Positions 57,001 to 64,000 of a stretch of DNA of 64,000 nt are shown here, one piece after another. The stretch lies in assembly GCA_963803435.1 (NCBI GenBank), contig CAWDML010000008.1, positions 416,001-480,000 of the forward strand, in the 5' to 3' direction. The DNA comes from an uncultured delta proteobacterium. GTDB taxonomy: Bacteria > Myxococcota > Kuafuiibacteriia > Kuafuiibacteriales > Kuafuiibacteriaceae. The position numbers and the translations under genes were made by a program. Below the pieces are notes generated by a model. That model saw only the letters and a list, made by a program, of their open reading frames with translations. It did no database searches and had not been told where the DNA came from. Numbering within the stretch: position 1 is the stretch's first letter; each line of letters opens with the position of its first letter.

Positions 57001-57597
57001 CTAAGCGTCGTCCCCGATCTGGATGCTCCTCTGGTAGTCGATCGGGATGAGGAGGCGCTCGTAGATCTCGGCGTCGGCCTTCAGGAAGCAGCAAAAGATC
57101 ACCTTCTCGGGGAGCTCCGACTGCTCGAGGAACGCGCGCACGTGCCCGATCGCGATCCGCGCGGCCCGCTCCTGCGGGAAGCCGTAGACGCCGGTGCTGA
57201 TGCACGGGAAGGCGAGGGAGCGAACGCGGTGCTCGGCCGCCACCTCGAGCGCGCGCTGGTAGCAGCTGGCGAGCTGGTTGTCCTCGAGCCGGTAGCCGAG
57301 CGGCTCGCTGCCGGTCGCACAGGGGTCGCAGCCCCAGACGGGACCGACCGCGTGGATGATGTGCGCGATCCCGCGCGCCTCCAGATCGAACGCCGGCGTG
57401 ATCGCGACCTCGCCCGTGGGACAGCCGCCCAGCGTTCGGTTGTGCGCGAGGAGGCGAGGGCCGGCCCCGCGGTGGATCGCGCCGTCGACACCTCCTCCGC
57501 CCAAGAGGCTCTCGTTCGCCGCGTTCACGATGGCGTCGACGGCGAGGCCGGTGATGTCGCCGATCGCCACCTCGACGCGCTCCGCGAATGAAAGCAT
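57001..57597 (-). CDS. Macro-domain protein (O-acetyl-ADP-ribose deacetylase, YmdB-like)
   Basis: GDIT, IVNAAN, GGGGVDGAIH, IHAVGP, FPCISTGVYGFP. Confidence 0.92.
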   Translation of the reverse strand: MLSFAERVEVAIGDITGLAVDAIVNAANESLLGGGGVDGAIHRGAGPRLLAHNRTLGGCPTGEVAITPAFDLEARGIAHIIHAVGPVWGCDPCATGSEPLGYRLEDNQLASCYQRALEVAAEHRVRSLAFPCISTGVYGFPQERAARIAIGHVRAFLEQSELPEKVIFCCFLKADAEIYERLLIPIDYQRSIQIGDDA

Positions 57598-57667
57598 GCG
57601 GCGAATCAAGCACGCTCACCCCCCGGGTGTCGAGCCGCCGCCGCCCATGCTAGGGATCCGCGGCCAC

Positions 57668-58498
57668 ATGATTCGAGAGTGGGTGAAGTCGGTGCTCAGC
57701 ACGCCCGAGATCGAGTCGGCGCTCGAGCGCCTCGATCTCGGCGGCGACGACTACGACCCTTGGGGCTTCGGCAAGGACGAGAGTCGCGGGCTCGTCTCGG
57801 CTGCGCACTGGATCTACAAGTACTTCCGCCCCGTAATCCACGGGGTCGAGCACGTGGGCGAGGGCCGCGTCTTGATCGTGGCCAACCACTCCGGGCAGCT
57901 GCCGTTCGATGGCCTGGTCGCGGCGGTCGCGTGCCTGATCGAAGGGAAGCCGCCGCGGATCGTCCGCGCCATGGTGGAGCGCTGGGTGCCGACGCTCCCG
58001 TTCATCAACGTCGCGTTCAGCCGCGGCGGAGCCGTCCTCGGCGATCCGATCAACTGCCAGCACCTGCTCGAGGCCGGCAACGCGATCCTCGTCTTCCCGG
58101 AGGGTGCCAAGGGCAGCGGCAAGACTTGGGACCAGCGCTACCGGCTGGTCGAGTTCGGGCGCGGCTTCATGCGGCTGGCGCTCCAGACGAAGACTCCGAT
58201 CGTTCCGGTGGCGGTGATCGGCGGCGAGGAGTCCATCATCAGCCTGCACAACGCCAAGTCGATCGCGAGGATCTTCGGGATGCCGTACTTTCCGATCCCG
58301 GCCCTCCTGCCGGTGCTTGGGCCGCTCGCGTTCCTGCCGTTGCCCACGCGGTTCTACCTGCACTTCGGCGAGCGCATGCAGTTCTCCGGGCCGTTCGACG
58401 ACGAAGACGAGGCGATCGACCGCAAGGTGCAAGAGGTGAAGGATCGCCTGCAGTCGATGATCGACCAGGGGCTGCGGGAGCGGCCGTCGGTCTTCTGA
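57668..58498 (+). CDS. Lysophospholipid acyltransferase (PlsC family)
   Basis: NHSGQLPFD, FPEG, PIVPVAVIG. Confidence 0.9.
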   Translation: MIREWVKSVLSTPEIESALERLDLGGDDYDPWGFGKDESRGLVSAAHWIYKYFRPVIHGVEHVGEGRVLIVANHSGQLPFDGLVAAVACLIEGKPPRIVRAMVERWVPTLPFINVAFSRGGAVLGDPINCQHLLEAGNAILVFPEGAKGSGKTWDQRYRLVEFGRGFMRLALQTKTPIVPVAVIGGEESIISLHNAKSIARIFGMPYFPIPALLPVLGPLAFLPLPTRFYLHFGERMQFSGPFDDEDEAIDRKVQEVKDRLQSMIDQGLRERPSVF

Positions 58499-58509
58499 GG
58501 TCACGAACG

Positions 58510-59427
58510 ATGCGCGCGCTGATCACCGGGATCGTGGGTGGCCTGGCCCGCATCACCGCCGGTGCCCTCCACGAGCGCGGCGCCGAGATCATCGGCATCG
58601 ACTACCGGCCGCTCACCCGGCCGCTCTCTCACCCGGCCGAGATCTATCGGGCGAACTACAACAAGACGAAGATCGAGGACGCCTTCCGCCGGCACAAGCC
58701 GACGCACGTCATTCATCTGGGACGGGTCGGCAACCTGAAGCAGACGGTCGAGAAGCGCTTCGACCTCAACGTCATCGGCAGCCGCAAGGTGATGGAGCTG
58801 TCGCTTCGCTACGGCGTCGAGCGGCTGATCGTGCTCTCTACGTTTCACATCTACGGCGCTCACCCGCACAACCACATCCCGATCTACGAGGAGGATCCGC
58901 TGCGGGCCGGCGCCGACTTCCCCCAGATCGCGGACGCGATCCAGCTCGACAACCAGGCGGTCGCCTGGATGTACCAGCACCAGGAGGTGAAGGTGGTGGT
59001 GCTGAGGCCGACCAACGTCGTCGGTCCCAACATCCAGAACGCCATGAGCTCGTTCCTCCGGAGCAAGCGAATCCCGGTGATCCTGGGCTTCGATCCGATG
59101 GTTCAGTTCATCCACGAGACCGATCTGGTCTCGGCGATCCTGACGGCGCTGGAGACCGAGGACCTGGGCGTCTTCAACGTGGCCGGGCTGGGGACGATCC
59201 CGTGGACGCGCGCGATCGACGTGGTGGGTCGGAAGACGCTGCCGGTGCCGACGACCATCGCCATCAACTACCTGCGCATGGCGGGGCTGGTCTCGGAGAG
59301 CCTCCCCCCATACATGGTCAACTTCCTCAAGTATCCCTGCGTCATCGGGGACGACGCCTTTCGGCGAACGTTCGGGTGGGCCCCGCAGATTTCTCAGGAG
59401 GAAGCGCTGCGCGCCACGGTATGGTAG
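58510..59427 (+). CDS. NAD-dependent epimerase/dehydratase family protein
   Basis: LITGIVGGL, NVIGS, LRPTNVVGP, QFIHETDL. Confidence 0.85.
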   Translation: MRALITGIVGGLARITAGALHERGAEIIGIDYRPLTRPLSHPAEIYRANYNKTKIEDAFRRHKPTHVIHLGRVGNLKQTVEKRFDLNVIGSRKVMELSLRYGVERLIVLSTFHIYGAHPHNHIPIYEEDPLRAGADFPQIADAIQLDNQAVAWMYQHQEVKVVVLRPTNVVGPNIQNAMSSFLRSKRIPVILGFDPMVQFIHETDLVSAILTALETEDLGVFNVAGLGTIPWTRAIDVVGRKTLPVPTTIAINYLRMAGLVSESLPPYMVNFLKYPCVIGDDAFRRTFGWAPQISQEEALRATVW

Positions 59428-59436
59428 GCGCTGCTG

Positions 59437-61020
<1,584 letters not shown>

Positions 61021-61084
61021 CGCGGTGACTACGAAGTCGGTCCGATTGCAGGCGTCACCCGGGAGTTGGTAGCACAGGCCCCGC

Positions 61085-61762
61085 ATGGGCCGGATTGTTT
61101 GTCTCGCCCTCGTCGCGCTCTCGTTCGGATGCCGGGCCAGTCAGGCACCGGTGCGCATCGAACCCGGCGCCTTCTCGCTGGGCGACGACGCCTTCGGACT
61201 GCAACGGATCGTGATCGTCTCGGAGATCAATCCGCGCAAGATCTCGATCCAGTACGCAAATCTCATCGATCGCGATCAGCGGAGGATTGTGAAGAACCCC
61301 GCCGCGATCGAGCTGACCTGGGACGACGCGCACCGCGCCTACGTCGGGACCGCCGTCCTGGGCCACCGACTCAGCGTCGCGCCGACCACCGCCGGGATCC
61401 GGCTCAACTACCTGTCCGCGCACCGCGCCGAGGTCGCCACTCCGTTCGGGGAGTGGCACGAGTGGCTGGAGGCCGAAGCGATCCGGGCGCTCTCCGAGAC
61501 GCTCGAGACGCTGGCAGGCAGCATCGAGCTCTACGCGGCCAAGAACGGCGGTGCGCTCCCTGAGGCTTTGTCCGATATCGAGGACCTTGGCTTCGAGAAG
61601 ATCTCGAACGATCCCTGGGGCCGGCCGCTGGTCTACCGGGTGATCCAGTCCCGGCGGCGCCAGGCGCACTTCCGGCTGTTCTCGACGGGCCCGGATGGTG
61701 TGCCTGACACCGAAGACGACGTCGAGGTGCGACGGACCATCGTCGCCAGCGGCCGGCGATAG
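61085..61762 (+). CDS. Lipoprotein with C-terminal GspG-like (T2SS pseudopilin) domain
   Basis: SFGC lipobox; IELY..KNG.LP...DPWGRPLVY...STGPDGVPDTEDD. Confidence 0.65.
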   Translation: MGRIVCLALVALSFGCRASQAPVRIEPGAFSLGDDAFGLQRIVIVSEINPRKISIQYANLIDRDQRRIVKNPAAIELTWDDAHRAYVGTAVLGHRLSVAPTTAGIRLNYLSAHRAEVATPFGEWHEWLEAEAIRALSETLETLAGSIELYAAKNGGALPEALSDIEDLGFEKISNDPWGRPLVYRVIQSRRRQAHFRLFSTGPDGVPDTEDDVEVRRTIVASGRR

Positions 61763-61841
61763 CGCGGGCGGCGGTGTGGACACGGCTCCACAGCACGGTT
61801 CCCGGATGGTCGAGCCGGGACCGAGCTTCTATCGTCAGCCG

Positions 61842-63743
61842 ATGCGCTCCCCGATCGGCATGGTCGCGCTGCTCCTCGTCGCGGCGTGCGGTCCGGCTTC
61901 CGAACGGGTCCCCGAGCGTCTCCGCACGGAGCGCGACGCCTTCGGGCTGATCACGTGCTCGGGGCGTACGGACGGGACCACCTGCTACACGAACCGGTCG
62001 CTGATCGGGATCTCGATGGGCTCGGGCGGCGCCGGGCAGATCGGTCTGGCGCACCCGGAGCTCTTCGACACGGTGGGCATGCTCGGCATCTCGATCGTCG
62101 ACTGGGCGTACATGATGCGCCTCGTGGAGCGCTCGTACCTGGGCGGGTTCTGCGATCGCGAGACGATCCTGGCGCACCTCGACGCGCTCGACGATCCGAG
62201 CAGCGGTGCCTTCTGCGGTCCGGTCCCGGGGACCGAGCGCCTGGAGCCGAGCGGCAAGGTGATCGAGGCCTCGCAGGACTTCAACCACTGGTACATGGGT
62301 ACGGCCGGCGGCGGCGCGATCGGTCTGGGGCGCGACTGGATGCGTCTCGCCTTCCAGGACATCGTGTTCGCCTACGGCAACCCGTTCTACGCGAACCCCG
62401 ATTCGCCGTACCTGCCGCCGGGCGTCCCGCTCGATCTGCACGAGCGCCCCGATCGAGAGCGCTGCCATCCGGCGCCGGTGATCAAGAACTTCAAGCACAA
62501 GGAGTACAACCCGACGGGCGAGTACGACGTGATCGTGGCGTGCGACACCTCCACCACCACCGGGACGTTCGATCCGAACGACCCTGCCGACGAGTCGTTC
62601 GAGATCCTGCTGGCCGTCGACTACAACGGCAACGGCGTCCGCGACTATGCAGAGCCGGTGCTGCTGATGAGCCACGAGCGCTTCCAGGACATCGGCGTTC
62701 GACCGGGCGACGACTACGATCCGTTCGAGCGCCCCACCGGGACGGCCGGCAACTGGCTCTACGACGAGGGCGAGCCCTTCGAGGACACCGGCCTCGACGG
62801 CGTGCCCGACACCGGCGACTACGGCGAGGGCAACGGTGTCTTCGACTACAGCCCCAGCATCCAGGACAGCTTCTTCACCCAGAACCCCCGGATGCTGGTC
62901 GGCACCATGCCGGAGGACCAGCTGGCCCGGATCCGCATCTACGCAGACGCCGGAATCCGCGACTTCCTGGGCAGCGCCGGTGGCACCAACTGGCTGTGGG
63001 GTGCACTGACCGCGCGCGTCGGCGAAGCCGAGGCCAAGAGCTATACGCGCTTCGAGAGCCTCCCGACGATCGGGCCCGCATCGAGCGGCTACGACTTCCT
63101 CGACGTGGACTACCAGCCCGAGCAGCTGGGCCACCACGTCTACGTTCGCTACGGCGACCCCGACGCCACCCCGATGCAGATCGCGAAGGGCGACGGCGAT
63201 CATGTCGGCACCACGCAGCAGGCCGTCGAGCGGCTGCTGACGGCGTTGAGCTTCGCCGAGTCCGGGTTCCGCGTCCGCGATCGCAGGGAGCTCGACGACG
63301 AGCTCGACGTCAACCGCCACATCGTCAGCAGCAGCTTCCACTCCGAGGCGCTCGGCGAGGATCGCTCCTTCGGCATCGCGCTCCCGCCGGGCTACTTCGA
63401 TCCTGGCAATGCCGAGCGCCGCTACCCGGTCGTCTACTTCCTCCACGGGCTCGGCGACGATCCGAACCAGCTCTTCGGCTCCGCGATCCTCTTCCTCGGG
63501 TACATGCAGGGCTCGACCCGTGCCGAGCAGCGCCTCCAGCACCAGAGCGATTGGGGCAAGTTCATCATCGTGTTCCCGAACTCCACCTGCCGCGGTGGGA
63601 TCTGCAACTCGGGGACGTTCAACACGAACCAGAAGGGGCTCGACGGTCAGGGCGGTCGCTACCAGGACGCGCTCTTCGAGCTGATGGCGCACGTGGAGTC
63701 GAACTATCGCGTGCTGCCGCCGGTCGAGGTCGATCTCCCGTAG
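61842..63743 (+). CDS. Lipoprotein alpha/beta-hydrolase (esterase-like), circularly permuted
   Basis: VAAC lipobox; GISMG near the N-terminus; LPPGY..RYPVVYFLHG near the C-terminus. Confidence 0.75.
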   Translation: MRSPIGMVALLLVAACGPASERVPERLRTERDAFGLITCSGRTDGTTCYTNRSLIGISMGSGGAGQIGLAHPELFDTVGMLGISIVDWAYMMRLVERSYLGGFCDRETILAHLDALDDPSSGAFCGPVPGTERLEPSGKVIEASQDFNHWYMGTAGGGAIGLGRDWMRLAFQDIVFAYGNPFYANPDSPYLPPGVPLDLHERPDRERCHPAPVIKNFKHKEYNPTGEYDVIVACDTSTTTGTFDPNDPADESFEILLAVDYNGNGVRDYAEPVLLMSHERFQDIGVRPGDDYDPFERPTGTAGNWLYDEGEPFEDTGLDGVPDTGDYGEGNGVFDYSPSIQDSFFTQNPRMLVGTMPEDQLARIRIYADAGIRDFLGSAGGTNWLWGALTARVGEAEAKSYTRFESLPTIGPASSGYDFLDVDYQPEQLGHHVYVRYGDPDATPMQIAKGDGDHVGTTQQAVERLLTALSFAESGFRVRDRRELDDELDVNRHIVSSSFHSEALGEDRSFGIALPPGYFDPGNAERRYPVVYFLHGLGDDPNQLFGSAILFLGYMQGSTRAEQRLQHQSDWGKFIIVFPNSTCRGGICNSGTFNTNQKGLDGQGGRYQDALFELMAHVESNYRVLPPVEVDLP

Positions 63744-64000
63744 TCAGCGGCAGTCGTCGCCGTACGTGATCGCGACCGAGGCGCGCGGCACGGGGCGTGA
63801 AGCGCCGTTCAGGCGGATGGCGTTGGCCGCCGCGTCGAAGCTGTACCCGTCGATCGGATCGACCGCGACGGGGACGCCGTCGACCTCCACCTGGATCGTC
63901 GCCGGATCGGCGGGCTGCTCCAGGTCGAAGCGGTTCGTGGGTGCGAGGATGGTGTCGCCGAGGGTGCCGAGCAGCGGCGAGTAGTCCGGTGTGCAGACGT
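63744..64000 (-). CDS. 3' end of a hypothetical (probably secreted) protein continuing beyond the window
   Basis: Open frame VCTPDYSPLL...FDLEQPADPATIQVEVDG...YGDDCR*. Confidence 0.65.
   Translation of the reverse strand, partial: VCTPDYSPLLGTLGDTILAPTNRFDLEQPADPATIQVEVDGVPVAVDPIDGYSFDAAANAIRLNGASRPVPRASVAITYGDDCR

Overview
High-GC chromosomal segment of a Myxococcota-like bacterium (MYXO-CTERM tails, many lipoproteins, Cys-rich repeat protein). In order: an ECF sigma / zinc anti-sigma / caspase-like cluster with surface proteins (0.3-11.9 kb); a patch of gene fragments, including an orphan toxin-like C-terminus with a Zn-ribbon partner, ending in a diverged 0.3-kb internal copy of the upstream gene (12-13.8 kb); a group 1 [NiFe]-hydrogenase operon hyaABCD-hypCDE-(crotonase)-hypAB without hypF (15-23.4 kb); ferritin/DUF362, DUF3419, phytoene-synthase-like and paired ArsA genes; an SQR / DUF1641-TusE / DsrE sulfur operon; Hsp20; a four-helix-bundle gene enclosed by ~57-bp inverted repeats; an unexplained modular locus (41.9-48.2 kb) alternating small Gly/Gln/Asn-rich proteins, large phosphotransfer-enzyme derivatives (HAD-like; a PPDK lacking its ATP-grasp domain) and DcrB/DUF1795-like proteins; IS5/IS110 remnants; a macro domain, acyltransferase, epimerase, prfC and a circularly permuted esterase. 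Several genes carry 1-bp frameshifts, four of them the same GATC->GAWTC insertion, most likely long-read errors. No rRNA, tRNA or CRISPR array was seen. All family calls are from motif recognition by eye, not database searches.
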